Positions 36,655 through 47,032 are shown, counted from the first letter of the stretch. The stretch: DNA of 64,000 nucleotides from Patescibacteria group bacterium (GCA_040757555.1 JBFLWN010000005.1:8045-72044), one strand, 5' to 3'. A program made the numbers and translations. Notes: a model not told the origin generated them from the letters alone.

Positions 36655-37353
36655 ATGAGAGAAGAAAAAGAATTCGTAGACACGCTTATCATCTCTGACA
36701 TACATCTTGGATCAAAAGTGAGTCGTGCACATGAGGCACTTACCATGCTCAAAAAATATTCATGCAATCGTCTGATTCTCCTCGGCGATATTTTTGACGA
36801 TCTGAATTTTGAACGTCTCAATAACGATCATTGGGCATTCATCTCATATATACGTGACCTTTCGGCGCAGGATCAAAAAACTGAAGTGGTCTGGGTCATT
36901 GGAAATCACGACGAACTATTAATGAAAGTGATGTCCCACTTAATGAATATGGAAGCGCACCGATTTTATGAATGGGAGTATTTGGGAAAAAAATATCTTG
37001 CCATACACGGACATCAGTTCGACCGCTTTCTTTCCGAAAACATCATTTTGAGCGCCATTGCATCCTCAATTTACTTTTTTATTCAGCGTATCGATACAAA
37101 AAAACAGCGTATCAGTAGGGCGATAAAACGAATGAGTAAATCATGGCTTCGTCTTTCCGAAAAGATTGCAAAGTCGGCTTCGCTTTTTGGAATGTTCCGG
37201 AAAGCAAATTATGTATTTTGCGGACACACACACCAAGCGATGAAAAAAGAATTCAAGAAAAATAAATACTATAATAGCGGATGTTGGACCGATATCCCTT
37301 CTAACTACATCACCATACTGGAAGATAAAATAACCATCCACGACGTAGCATAA
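36655..37353 (+). CDS. Calcineurin-like metallophosphoesterase (LpxH/YbbF-like)
   Basis: DIHLG...LGDIFDD...GNHDE...HGHQFD...GHTHQ. Confidence 0.65.
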   Translation: MREEKEFVDTLIISDIHLGSKVSRAHEALTMLKKYSCNRLILLGDIFDDLNFERLNNDHWAFISYIRDLSAQDQKTEVVWVIGNHDELLMKVMSHLMNMEAHRFYEWEYLGKKYLAIHGHQFDRFLSENIILSAIASSIYFFIQRIDTKKQRISRAIKRMSKSWLRLSEKIAKSASLFGMFRKANYVFCGHTHQAMKKEFKKNKYYNSGCWTDIPSNYITILEDKITIHDVA

Positions 37354-37395
37354 TTCCTCCGTTTCACGGAGGAATTTCTTAATTACTCCAAAAAA

Positions 37396-37863
37396 TTAAT
37401 AATGGTATGTTTTGCCATTCATGATTGTTACCGCTCTATATATCTGCTCGAGAAGTACTACACGTGCAAGTTCGTGTGGAAATGTGAAAGATGAAAGTGC
37501 AATCTTTTTATGTGGAAGCGAAAGAACCTCTTCGCTCATTCCCAGTGATCCGCCAATTACAAATATGGTTGGTTTTAACGTTGTTTCGAGTGCGCCCGCA
37601 AATTGCTCCGATGTATACTCCTTTCCCCGCTCATCGAGAATGAATACCTCACATTCTCCCCTTTTTTCTAAAAATCTTTTAATTCGTTCCCCCTCTTTTT
37701 GTTTTACCTTATTCTTTTCTCCCTCGTGACGAAATGGTTCATACGGAATTTCCTCAACTGAAATCCGAGCATAGAGAGAGAGACGTTTCGTATATTCTTC
37801 ACACGCTTTTTTGAAATACTCTTCTTTTATTTTCCCAACCGTAAGAATGGTGATATCTAACAT
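37396..37863 (-). CDS. rlmH: 23S rRNA (pseudouridine1915-N3)-methyltransferase RlmH (SPOUT)
   Basis: MLDITILTVGKIK...FVIGGSLGMSEEV; typical RlmH length and motifs. Confidence 0.8.
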   Translation of the reverse strand: MLDITILTVGKIKEEYFKKACEEYTKRLSLYARISVEEIPYEPFRHEGEKNKVKQKEGERIKRFLEKRGECEVFILDERGKEYTSEQFAGALETTLKPTIFVIGGSLGMSEEVLSLPHKKIALSSFTFPHELARVVLLEQIYRAVTIMNGKTYHY

Positions 37864-37968
37864 TTTTCCATTATCACGCACTTTTCTTATTAAAGAAAGT
37901 TAAGAAATGAGATTGACTAAATATAAATAAAATATTAAAATATAAAACAGATATTTAACTCATTAAAT

Positions 37969-38385
37969 GTGGAGAGGCTAATGAAGAATGAAAAAGTGGT
38001 AAAAGCAATTGCACATCAACTCTTTCAATCAGAAAAAAAAGAGAGTGAAAGCGGAAGTCTTGATATTCCGATAAAGAAAGTGTCACGACACATGCATTAT
38101 AAAATAGGAATGAATAGCTCAAAAAATATCGTCTATTTTTCCATTTTCTATCCTTTTTTTTCCCGCACGAATAAAACAGTAATAAAACATTTTATTGCAA
38201 AAAAAATGGAAGAAGTGAAAAAGGAACCATTTTCTTCAATTCAAATGATGTATCTCAGTAAAGACACGGGAAATCTCGGCATCACCCAAACTATTTCGAT
38301 AGAAAAGGTGACAAAAAAGGAACTTACAGAAAAAATTTCATTTCTTCTTGAGCAAGTCGAAAAATTTTGGCCATTTAAATATTAA
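37969..38385 (+). CDS. Hypothetical protein
   Basis: 138-aa ORF. Confidence 0.4.
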   Translation: MERLMKNEKVVKAIAHQLFQSEKKESESGSLDIPIKKVSRHMHYKIGMNSSKNIVYFSIFYPFFSRTNKTVIKHFIAKKMEEVKKEPFSSIQMMYLSKDTGNLGITQTISIEKVTKKELTEKISFLLEQVEKFWPFKY

Positions 38386-38413
38386 AAAAAGCCCCGAACA
38401 TATCGGGGCTTTT
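38385..38413. terminator. Bidirectional terminator
   Basis: AAAAAAGCCCCGAACATATCGGGGCTTTT. Confidence 0.65.
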
Positions 38414-38507
38414 ATCCAAGTTCTTCGTCGATCATCTCCATCACAAACGCTGCGGGAATAAGTATGACGCCGAGAAAAAGTTTTGTATACTCTAATGCTT
38501 TTTTCAT
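38412..38507 (-). CDS. Possible 31-aa hydrophobic peptide (below ORF-track threshold)
   Basis: MKKALEYTKLFLGVILIPAAFVMEMIDEELG with AAGGAAAA RBS. Confidence 0.25.
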   Translation of the reverse strand: MKKALEYTKLFLGVILIPAAFVMEMIDEELG

Positions 38508-38555
38508 ATCTATTTTCCTTTATCCTACCAGACATCAAACAAAATGCAACAGAAT

Positions 38556-38735
38556 TTATTCACAGATAAATGCGGGAGGTATTGGATCTAATGGTTTTCC
38601 GTGTGCTTCCCATTTTCCATTCACACAAATCCATTCGTCTTCATTCCCTCCGAAGAAAAATCGAACAGTAAACACACCGACAATCACTATAAGCACGAGA
38701 AAAATACCTACATATATTTTTTTCTTCTTTTCCAT
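38556..38735 (-). CDS. Small membrane-anchored protein
   Basis: MEKKKKIYVGIFLVLIVIVGVFTV... Confidence 0.35.
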   Translation of the reverse strand: MEKKKKIYVGIFLVLIVIVGVFTVRFFFGGNEDEWICVNGKWEAHGKPLDPIPPAFICE

Positions 38736-38740
38736 ATACA

Positions 38741-39235
38741 TTAAAATGCCCGCTCCGTGTATCCTTCGCACTCAGGAGGAACAATGCACGTATCCTCACG
38801 TCCACTTGGCCCAATTTTGGGCATACAATCCACCCATTTTGGACATCCCGCATATTTCTTCTCATTGGGAATTTGCACCGGATTTTCCCCAAACCCCGGC
38901 ATTTGTTCTAATTCTCCACCCTTTTTGTCTTTTCCACATTCATTTCTAAAAAATTGCCACTCCTCACATTCCTTCCCATCCGGAAATACACAATATCCAA
39001 CTTCACCTCCACTTTCATCTTTTCGTATTTCAAGTTTATATCCATACGCTACACACACCTGAGATGCGGGATTCGCAATACCAACATTACTTGATGTGGT
39101 ATTTCCGCTTGAGGGAATAGTTTCATTCTTTTGAATATCTTTTTTTTGCAATGAAGGAGCATATACAATACTTGCGACTACAATGATTAGCCCCACCGCC
39201 GTTAGTATATTTTCTTTCGTAAATACATTTTTCAT
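38741..39235 (-). CDS. Secreted DUF333-domain protein (putative hemolysin-like)
   Basis: NPASQVCVAYGYKLEIRKDESGGEVGYCVFPDGKECEEWQFFRNEC matches the DUF333 consensus; N-terminal signal/TM. Confidence 0.55.
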   Translation of the reverse strand: MKNVFTKENILTAVGLIIVVASIVYAPSLQKKDIQKNETIPSSGNTTSSNVGIANPASQVCVAYGYKLEIRKDESGGEVGYCVFPDGKECEEWQFFRNECGKDKKGGELEQMPGFGENPVQIPNEKKYAGCPKWVDCMPKIGPSGREDTCIVPPECEGYTERAF

Positions 39236-39252
39236 ATATTTATATTACCACA

Positions 39253-39966
39253 TTATATTTGTCCCTTGAGATACTTCTTTCGTAACGCCTCTGGAAATCG
39301 TTCAATCGCATAGCGAAGTGCGGTCCTCGGCATATTTTTATAATGCTTTCTAAGAAACTCTTCTTCTTTTTTAAAATCCCGTTTTCCCACTTCACGAAGC
39401 ATCCATCCAACTGCTTTATGTATTAAATCATGTTCATCATCCAACAATATCTCTGCGAGACGACACGTATCATCAAATGCATTGTTTCGGATACAGGTGA
39501 GTGTGGAAATAATTGCAATTCGTTTTTTCCAAAGATGTCTAGATCGCGCAAAATTGTACAATATTTTTTTTGGTCTGTGTAATAGATAATCACCAATAAT
39601 GGATGGCGCGCTGATATCAACCAAATCCCAATTATTTACGTTCTTATAGTTTTTTAAATAAAGTTTGAATATCCTCTCTTTTCCTTTTATATCCGAACGT
39701 TTGTACTGCTCCATTAATATAACCAGAGCAACAAGACGATATTCATGAATATTACTTTTCAAGAGGACTTCTACATCTTTGTGAGATAGTTCTGTATATT
39801 TTTTTGCAACAACCCTTTGTACGGGAACTTTAATTCCTAAAAACACATCACCCTCTCCATATTCCCCTCTTCCTGTTTTAAAAAAACGTTTCAATACCTC
39901 TGCTTGTTTTTTATCTTGCAACTTGTTCAATTCTTTTTTTAAATTCATCAGATTCATATACCCCAT
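39253..39966 (-). CDS. DNA alkylation repair protein (AlkD-like HEAT-repeat glycosylase family)
   Basis: FFKTGRGEYGEGDVFLGIKVP N-terminal signature. Confidence 0.65.
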   Translation of the reverse strand: MGYMNLMNLKKELNKLQDKKQAEVLKRFFKTGRGEYGEGDVFLGIKVPVQRVVAKKYTELSHKDVEVLLKSNIHEYRLVALVILMEQYKRSDIKGKERIFKLYLKNYKNVNNWDLVDISAPSIIGDYLLHRPKKILYNFARSRHLWKKRIAIISTLTCIRNNAFDDTCRLAEILLDDEHDLIHKAVGWMLREVGKRDFKKEEEFLRKHYKNMPRTALRYAIERFPEALRKKYLKGQI

Positions 39967-40022
39967 TGTATCAAAAATCCCGCCAATCCGAAGATGGGCG
40001 AGATTTTACGAATCATAACACA

Positions 40023-40217
40023 CTAAACAGTGGTGGTTGGTTTGCTGAAGGCAATAACCAATTGGTATAACGCGGAAAGACCAACAAGAACATAAACAAT
40101 ACGCGAAACAACTGCGGCCTGTCCTCCAAAAATTTCTCCGATATCCCAGCCAAATAACCCAACAAGTAACCAATTTAATCCGCCTACAATAAGAAGAATA
40201 AGAGTTATTAATTTCAT
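40023..40217 (-). CDS. DUF378 small membrane protein
   Basis: LIVGGLNWLLVGLF...VYVLVGLSALY. Confidence 0.55.
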   Translation of the reverse strand: MKLITLILLIVGGLNWLLVGLFGWDIGEIFGGQAAVVSRIVYVLVGLSALYQLVIAFSKPTTTV

Positions 40218-40273
40218 AATATATATAAATTCTATTCGACCTTTCCTATATACATATATATTACCATATCGCC

Positions 40274-41860
40274 CTAATTTATATCTTCCTTTTTCTGCCG
40301 AACAAATCCATTGAAATTCTCGAGAAATTCAACAAACATTTGAAACGGGAGCTCAATCAAAAGATTAATAAAAATAACAATCGGGTTAAAACGCGCAAGT
40401 CCGTCGATCACCCATCGTCCTACAGTTACAAATGGCATACTTAACAAATCAAATATAAAGGTGAGTACGTTTGTTTTTTTCTTTTCGAGATTCATCTCGT
40501 TTGCACGATTGTGAATTCGTACCCCCGCAGCAGCAACGAGAGAAACAAAAAATATAAATACAAGTACGTTTGCTATATTGAAACGAAGTGGGGTGAGTAA
40601 TTCATAAAAAAGATAGAATACTGCAAGAACGGTAAAAAGATAGAATAGATTTGAAACAATTTCCGTTATGATTTTTTTCTTTTTTGGAATGGATAACACA
40701 TATTTATGTCCATCCTCTCCGGGAAATACTACGGCATGAATTTGATCGGAAACAAGGTGAAAATTAATGGGACGAGGCATTTTTATACTGAGTACAATAA
40801 GAAACATCAATAGGGGCGGAACAAAAATATTTAATGTGGTATTCAGCACCGAAAATGTTCCCGTAAGATGGGTTTCTATCGGAACTTCAATCAAGAGAAC
40901 AATCAAAATCTTGGAAAGAAGAAAAGAAAGAACGCTCAAAAAACCAATGCGCTTTAACTTTTTCTTTGCGGCAACAAAACGAATATCATAGACTTCCCTG
41001 GTTTCTTTCTCAAAAAGCGTCGGATCTGAAATTATCTTTTCAAATGTTTCATAATCTTTTGATCGATCAATTACATCTCCTAAAATATTAAACACAATCG
41101 CATATCGCGCACATAGTTTTGTAAATGGTTTTTTGAGTGGATGAGTCAATACTTTTCTAATGTGCCTTCGAATCGCTGGAATATACGCTCCCACACGTGG
41201 ACATTCATCCATACTAATATCCTCCCAGTCGGGATATAAAAATTTTAATAACTGATACTGTAATTGTTCTTCATCTGCCTTCAGAAGTGTTTTATAAATC
41301 GCCGCAAAAAGCTGAGTATTTATATCGTCCTCGGAAACACTTCCTCCTCGCACCACAAGACGAGCTTTTAGTGTTTGGAACATGATATTCACCAGCGTAT
41401 CTTCCCGATAAGAAGGAAATAATTTTTCTTCTACTGAACTTGCGGTAATTGAAAAAAGCCAATCCAGACGATTTTTATACTTTTTCTTATCTTGTGACGG
41501 AATAAATCCGCTTAATGCTACGTGTTTATCGATAATTTTTTGAATTTCATCGATCGTACTTTCGGGAATTTTATCATTCGGGAGATATCCCGCCCGGATA
41601 ATTTCCTTAATTAATACTTCCCCAATACCACTCCCGTCCTGCTTGAGGAGGAGACGACGATGCAACACCCGATCGATAAATCCCCTGCGGATAAGATGCT
41701 CTTCTTTGTAATCAATAACATTCCTAGCCTTTTCATAAAATGCCGCAACCTGCGAAGCTACCTCGTCCGTATGGATACGCGGAACATCTTCGGGAAGATC
41801 CTGTTTCTCGATGGCTTTTTTGTAGTATATTACTCCATTGGTGACTATCTCTGATATCAT
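40274..41860 (-). CDS. Hypothetical protein with C-terminal multi-TM region
   Basis: 528 aa; soluble N-terminal half, about 6 TM in the C-terminal half. Confidence 0.45.
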   Translation of the reverse strand: MISEIVTNGVIYYKKAIEKQDLPEDVPRIHTDEVASQVAAFYEKARNVIDYKEEHLIRRGFIDRVLHRRLLLKQDGSGIGEVLIKEIIRAGYLPNDKIPESTIDEIQKIIDKHVALSGFIPSQDKKKYKNRLDWLFSITASSVEEKLFPSYREDTLVNIMFQTLKARLVVRGGSVSEDDINTQLFAAIYKTLLKADEEQLQYQLLKFLYPDWEDISMDECPRVGAYIPAIRRHIRKVLTHPLKKPFTKLCARYAIVFNILGDVIDRSKDYETFEKIISDPTLFEKETREVYDIRFVAAKKKLKRIGFLSVLSFLLSKILIVLLIEVPIETHLTGTFSVLNTTLNIFVPPLLMFLIVLSIKMPRPINFHLVSDQIHAVVFPGEDGHKYVLSIPKKKKIITEIVSNLFYLFTVLAVFYLFYELLTPLRFNIANVLVFIFFVSLVAAAGVRIHNRANEMNLEKKKTNVLTFIFDLLSMPFVTVGRWVIDGLARFNPIVIFINLLIELPFQMFVEFLENFNGFVRQKKEDIN

Positions 41861-41994
41861 AATTAATCAAAAAAGGGTTGTTTTTACCCCTTTTCTTACT
41901 TTCTTATCATAGCACCCAAAAACACATTTTCCAATCAAAATGCTACAATTACTATTAGTTCCAACAAATTTCATAGGAGAGGAGGAATGATGAG

Positions 41995-42393
41995 GTGAAA
42001 AAAAAGAAAAAGACGAAAAAAATAACCCTCGCGGAGATTCGAGAATTGGTACGCACAAAAGCGTCAAAGGATTCTATATATTCGATAAATAAGGGATTAT
42101 ACAGAGAAGATCTTGTTATGTTGACACTTATCGAGATGAAGAAAAAGAAAGAAATCTTTGATTATATAAAAAGTGGACGATTTGGCAGAATGGATTTGAA
42201 AGGAATTGATTTTGTCGTGATAGTCATAAGAAAAGCAAAATATGAACCCATACGAATATCAATAACTGGACCACAGTGGATCTCGTATCACAAAGAAAAA
42301 CATCCCAATATCCCAATTCTTTGCGTGGAAGACGGAGATGATATAAATAGAATAAAAGAAAAGCTATTGAAGGTTATAAACCCGGCCCAATAA
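41995..42393 (+). CDS. Hypothetical basic protein (GTG start)
   Basis: GGAGG RBS then GTG; 132 aa. Confidence 0.4.
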   Translation: MKKKKKTKKITLAEIRELVRTKASKDSIYSINKGLYREDLVMLTLIEMKKKKEIFDYIKSGRFGRMDLKGIDFVVIVIRKAKYEPIRISITGPQWISYHKEKHPNIPILCVEDGDDINRIKEKLLKVINPAQ

Positions 42394-42503
42394 TTAATAT
42401 GTACGGCCGGTTTTTTGTATTAAAAACCTTGTAAAAAATACCGAATTTGGTAGTATTACTTTGTTATCTTTTTTGGAGATAATATATTGAGAATTTAATA
42501 GAT

Positions 42504-42578
42504 TCCGGAGTAGCTCAGCGGTAGAGCAGGTGCCTGTTAAGCACTTGGTCGTAGGTTCGAATCCTACCTCCGGAGCCA
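42504..42578 (+). tRNA. tRNA-Asn (anticodon GTT), CCA encoded
   Basis: Acceptor TCCGGAG/CTCCGGA, D-arm GCTC-AGCGGTA-GAGC, anticodon loop CUGUUAA, T-arm GTAGG-TTCGAAT-CCTAC, GCCA 3' end. Confidence 0.85.
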
Positions 42579-44066
42579 AGTAGGACTACTAGCTAGTTCT
42601 AGTACTAAGTTGAAGGGAGAACGCAAGGTAAAATCTAGCGTTCTTTCATTTACGGTCGGGTTCTGAAGCAGATAATTCAAAAATACTCGTTTTTCTTCTG
42701 GTTCAGAACTTTCGAAAATTTGTTTGGCCCTGCGAGCGACAGAAAGTACCATAGATACAGTCGTTTGATAGTCGTAGTCGGCTTTTGTGTGTTCTTCTAG
42801 TTCAATGTTTAAGAGTTGAAGCCTGTCGTGGTATTCTTGATGTTTCTTGTCATAGATATTCTTAGTAATACTCTGTTGTGGATCTAGATAAACCTCAAGA
42901 AGTCGATTGTCCTTCTCTTTGGTTCGTTCATATTCATTGCGTATTCGAGCTATTTGAGCTTTATGAAAAACAATCTCGCTTTCTGTATCTTTTCTCAACT
43001 CTTCTACGAGATAATCTTGAGTTGCTTGTATAATACTCTCAAATCGGCCAAAAACCTCGTATACGGGCTTTAAGAGGTCTTTCTCGGGTATATAAAGCCT
43101 TTTACATATTCTTTTTGCATTTGTGCAGGAATAGTAATTTATTCCTTTATGAAACTCTCCAGACATAGAGCAACCACAGTTACTACATTTAAGTAAGCAA
43201 TTTCCAAATACATATTTTTTCTTCGTAAGTAATTTTGATCTGCGTTTGTTACGTTTTGCACGTACTTGTTGGCACATATCAAAGAGTTCCTTAGTAATTA
43301 ATCTAGGGTATTTGTGAGGGTACGGTCCATATTTTTTTGATATAGCTATTCCACAATAAAAGCTATCTTTTAAGATATGTTCAACTCCACTTTTTGATAG
43401 CTTGTTTTCTTTTAAGGTTCTTAAACCAAGTTCAGTTATTGTATTTCGAATAGTTTCAAGTGAATATTGTCCCGTTGCATATAATTCAAACATTTTTTTT
43501 ATTAAATATTCCCGTTCAGGATCAAGAATAATATCCTTACGCAATCTTTTTTCTGCATCAAGTTGAACATTTAAATAACCTAAACGTACTACTCCTGTCC
43601 ATTCTCCATTCCTACGCTTTTGTTCAAATGCCCGTTTTACATTATCGCTAATAGCGTCTGAATAATACTTAGAAAGACCAAGTTTCATTCCAAACGCAAA
43701 CTTATCCCCGGCAGACATTTTGTTGTTGATTACTTGTCCATCTGAAACAAAATGAAGTTCAATTTTATCATCAACAGCTCGCTCATAAAGTAACGCAACT
43801 CGCTTATCAAAGATATTTCGAGATAAACGATCTACCTTATCAAAACAAACCGCAATTTTTTCTTTAGAATTGTTTACACATTCAATGATTTTGTCGAATT
43901 CGTCTCTTTTGGTTTTATATGCACTTTCATCAAAACTGAACTCTTGAGTAACAATATAATCATTTCGTTCACAATAATCACGCATACGATTAAGCTGAGC
44001 GGGTAAGGAATTATTAGCCTCTCTTTGCTCTTCAGTTGACACTCTTGCTACGATTACTGCTTTCAT
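42564..44066 (-). CDS. Large serine recombinase (integrase)
   Basis: N-terminal resolvase catalytic domain AVIVARVSTEEQ (Ser nucleophile); recombinase domain; Cys-rich zinc ribbon (CSNCGC...C..C); C-terminal coiled coil. Confidence 0.85.
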   Translation of the reverse strand: MKAVIVARVSTEEQREANNSLPAQLNRMRDYCERNDYIVTQEFSFDESAYKTKRDEFDKIIECVNNSKEKIAVCFDKVDRLSRNIFDKRVALLYERAVDDKIELHFVSDGQVINNKMSAGDKFAFGMKLGLSKYYSDAISDNVKRAFEQKRRNGEWTGVVRLGYLNVQLDAEKRLRKDIILDPEREYLIKKMFELYATGQYSLETIRNTITELGLRTLKENKLSKSGVEHILKDSFYCGIAISKKYGPYPHKYPRLITKELFDMCQQVRAKRNKRRSKLLTKKKYVFGNCLLKCSNCGCSMSGEFHKGINYYSCTNAKRICKRLYIPEKDLLKPVYEVFGRFESIIQATQDYLVEELRKDTESEIVFHKAQIARIRNEYERTKEKDNRLLEVYLDPQQSITKNIYDKKHQEYHDRLQLLNIELEEHTKADYDYQTTVSMVLSVARRAKQIFESSEPEEKRVFLNYLLQNPTVNERTLDFTLRSPFNLVLELASSPTWLRR

Positions 44067-44072
44067 AGTTAA

Positions 44073-45038
44073 TTATAAATTTGGTGAATAAGAAATAGAT
44101 TTTATATAATCCTCCATAAATTGCCAATCAAGTTGACCATCGTTAGTAACTGGAAATTTTACCTTCAATGCAGAAAGTCTCTCCTTTGTCGCTCCTCTGC
44201 CATAGTTAAATTTCTTTGCAATTTCCAAATTTAATAGAGGGAGAATAAATTGTGAATTATATCTATTAAGATTCTTATTCCTAAATATATTTACTTTATT
44301 TCCTGTTATGAACGGTGTGGGCTGATAAAATGCCTTAAATCCTTCAGCTCCGATTGTTATGCACCCCCCTTTTTCGGTCGGTATTGATGTTTCATTTTTA
44401 ATGAACAATTCAACTCCATTGTTCTCTGTTGTTCTTGTGACATATGCTATCTTCCCAACTTCTTCGTTTTCAATCTCTTCTCTATGAATTGGCTTACCAA
44501 GTGAAGGCTCAAATATTTCGTCTAGTTTGAAATACTTCCATTTGTCTATATTTAATTTTTTATCTTTTATAGATAATGCTTTTTTTTCTAAAGAATTTAG
44601 TTTATCTAAATCGAGGTCGGTCCATTCATTGGGTATTCTTTCTGGAATTAAAATATCCTTCAATGTTTTGTTTGCCTGCCTACCATAATTATATCTATAT
44701 TTATTCTTACGAATGCAATAACAATAAAAAATCATCTCAATTTCAGATGGTTGTTTTTTGGGTATTAAAATATAAATATCTCTCCCACTATAATATTGCT
44801 CGTGTTGAAAAAAGGTGGCTAAAACAGAACCGCCACCCGCAACTGAAATGGTATGGGCTGGATTCGGCTGAATTTCATTTATTTTTTGTACATAGGCAGA
44901 CACCCCATTGTTTTTGTCGGTTCTAGAAACAAAGTTAACAGAATTCCTGTCTTGTTTCGAACATTCCTCCAAACTAATAAGTTCTAAGTTCACCCCATAC
45001 TTAACTTCAAATAGATCACTAACTTTTACCAACTTCAT
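44073..45038 (-). CDS. Restriction-modification specificity subunit (two target-recognition domains; HsdS/BcgIB-like)
   Basis: Two half-repeats beginning VKVSDLFEVKYG and FKLDEIFEPSLGK; 4-nt overlap with the MTase gene. Confidence 0.6.
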   Translation of the reverse strand: MKLVKVSDLFEVKYGVNLELISLEECSKQDRNSVNFVSRTDKNNGVSAYVQKINEIQPNPAHTISVAGGGSVLATFFQHEQYYSGRDIYILIPKKQPSEIEMIFYCYCIRKNKYRYNYGRQANKTLKDILIPERIPNEWTDLDLDKLNSLEKKALSIKDKKLNIDKWKYFKLDEIFEPSLGKPIHREEIENEEVGKIAYVTRTTENNGVELFIKNETSIPTEKGGCITIGAEGFKAFYQPTPFITGNKVNIFRNKNLNRYNSQFILPLLNLEIAKKFNYGRGATKERLSALKVKFPVTNDGQLDWQFMEDYIKSISYSPNL

Positions 45039-46843
45039 AAATATAGTTCTTTAAAATAAACAAAATCTTTGACCGACTTTACGAAATCTTCTTTAGATAA
45101 ACCCGAATAGTCTGTTTCCATATAAGCCTCAGCACACCACTCATCATCGGCAGAGACAACTTTAGTGACACTAAAACCGGGTCTCTCTTCTTTATTTAGA
45201 TATGAGGTTATCCAATCTTCTTTTATCTCTTTCTCAAATTTCTGATACAAATCAATCCTTCCTTTCATTTTTCGTTTTACAAAACCATCATTTTTATAGT
45301 AACCGAAGTAAACCTTTTTATTTTTAGGATGAGGTCTTTTGGCTGTAAAAACCATAATACAAGAAACGACTCCAACCTTTGAGTTAAAAAATAATTCGTC
45401 AGGCATAGAAAAAACTGCTTCCAGAGTGTGTTGTTCTAGTACCCTTTTTTTATATTCATAAACCTTACCAGTTTGAGCTAGTGCAGATTGCATAGGAATA
45501 ATAGCAACACATTTCCCGCCTTGTTCTAAAGAATCCAGATTGTTTAATATAAATTCATATTCATCTACATCATTTTTCTTGTCTGCTTTATAGGGTGGAT
45601 TCAGAAGCCCTACTGTGGGTTTAAATTTTTTGGCTTTTTTTATAATATCTTCATCAAAACAACTCCCATTCAGAATATTAGTTTTGCCATCTTGATGGAT
45701 AAACATATTTGAACAAGCAAGTGCAAATATATGTGCCTGATATTCGACACCAACTAACTGATTCTTCTTTATATTTTTTATTTTTTCTTGGTCTCCTTTT
45801 GCATCTTTTATCATTAAGTTCATAGCACTAACTAAAAATCCTCCGGTGCCAGCACAATTATCATATACCGTGCTATCCTTATTTACCTCGGCTAATTCCG
45901 ACATAAACTCTGTGATATGCGGAGGCGTAAGAACTATCCCCAAACCTTTGTCACTATTAGCATATCTCAGAAATTCAATATAAAGCTGTCCAAGAACATC
46001 AAAATATTCGTGAGTTTTTATAAAGTCTTTTATATTTTCATTTATATCGGAAATAATATCTCGCAAAACATTGTTTTTCTTTGATAGTGATGTGTCTGTT
46101 TTTATAAATTCAAAGCGACTAGTTAAAATTGCTAACTTAATTTCCCCAATGTTCGCATTTTGAAATTCATTTTTAACCGTGGTGACTAAATATTCAGCTA
46201 ATTGTTTTGGATCTGAATAATCTTTATAAGATTTGGAAAAGGCCTTGTTTTCGAGCGCAATCAAAATACAACTTATAAGTAATCCTCTATCACTTTCAAC
46301 TATTTTTTGTCCGTGTAATTTTTCATTTAATTCCTTAGAAAATATCAATAATTTTTCGTAATCTTGTCTAAATTTTTCAGGACTTTTAATATAACCATCC
46401 AGATAATCATCCGGGGATAAAAGTTTATTACTAAATATTTCAATTGCCTTCCTATCTCCTTTTAGTTGAAGAAAATGTGATATTTTTTTGTTTTTATTCG
46501 TTTCACCACTAACAGCAATAGATAGTACATCAAATTCTTTTGAAAGATATGAACTATACAAAAGAACACCATCTACCGAAAAGTCTTTGTAATTTTCTCT
46601 ACTAGAACTTTCGTGCTTAGTAACATCGGCCTTACATTCAACAACAATAACGAAATCTGGGTTTTTCTTATATTGGATAATAAATTCAGGGAACCCAGTA
46701 CCTAAGCCACCTTTGGAAGCTGTTGCTAATAATTTTTTTATTTTTGGATTATCAGATGATTGTTCTTCTAAAACTATGTTCTTAGGGAATTTTTCGAAAT
46801 GACTTCTGACTATCGACTCGGTTTTCCGTTCGTTTTTTGACAT
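45035..46843 (-). CDS. BcgI-like RM subunit: N-terminal PD-(D/E)xK nuclease domain fused to gamma-class N6-adenine DNA methyltransferase
   Basis: NPDFVIVVECKAD nuclease motif; MTase motif I DNCAGTGGF; motif IV NPPY. Confidence 0.75.
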   Translation of the reverse strand: MSKNERKTESIVRSHFEKFPKNIVLEEQSSDNPKIKKLLATASKGGLGTGFPEFIIQYKKNPDFVIVVECKADVTKHESSSRENYKDFSVDGVLLYSSYLSKEFDVLSIAVSGETNKNKKISHFLQLKGDRKAIEIFSNKLLSPDDYLDGYIKSPEKFRQDYEKLLIFSKELNEKLHGQKIVESDRGLLISCILIALENKAFSKSYKDYSDPKQLAEYLVTTVKNEFQNANIGEIKLAILTSRFEFIKTDTSLSKKNNVLRDIISDINENIKDFIKTHEYFDVLGQLYIEFLRYANSDKGLGIVLTPPHITEFMSELAEVNKDSTVYDNCAGTGGFLVSAMNLMIKDAKGDQEKIKNIKKNQLVGVEYQAHIFALACSNMFIHQDGKTNILNGSCFDEDIIKKAKKFKPTVGLLNPPYKADKKNDVDEYEFILNNLDSLEQGGKCVAIIPMQSALAQTGKVYEYKKRVLEQHTLEAVFSMPDELFFNSKVGVVSCIMVFTAKRPHPKNKKVYFGYYKNDGFVKRKMKGRIDLYQKFEKEIKEDWITSYLNKEERPGFSVTKVVSADDEWCAEAYMETDYSGLSKEDFVKSVKDFVYFKELYL

Positions 46844-46847
46844 AAAA

Positions 46848-47030
46848 TTATTTTGTTTTCGTTTTATTTAAAAACTCCTCAAATTCGACTTTGTCTATCC
46901 GAAACTCTTTACCGATTTTATACGCTTTAAGTTTCTTTGCTTTGATGTATCGATAAATCGTCATAATATTTACCTCTAATTTTTCAGCCAAATTTTTTGC
47001 AGTATAAAATTGTTTTTCTCTATCTCCCAT
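46848..47030 (-). CDS. Excisionase/AlpA-family HTH DNA-binding protein
   Basis: 60 aa; NIMTIYRYIKAKKLKAYKIGKEFRI. Confidence 0.55.
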   Translation of the reverse strand: MGDREKQFYTAKNLAEKLEVNIMTIYRYIKAKKLKAYKIGKEFRIDKVEFEEFLNKTKTK

Positions 47031-47032
47031 AA

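Noticed and set aside
42394-42503. Possible promoter TTGTAA-16-TAGTAT for tRNA-Asn
   Set aside because: Weak match in AT-rich DNA; cannot be distinguished from background by eye.
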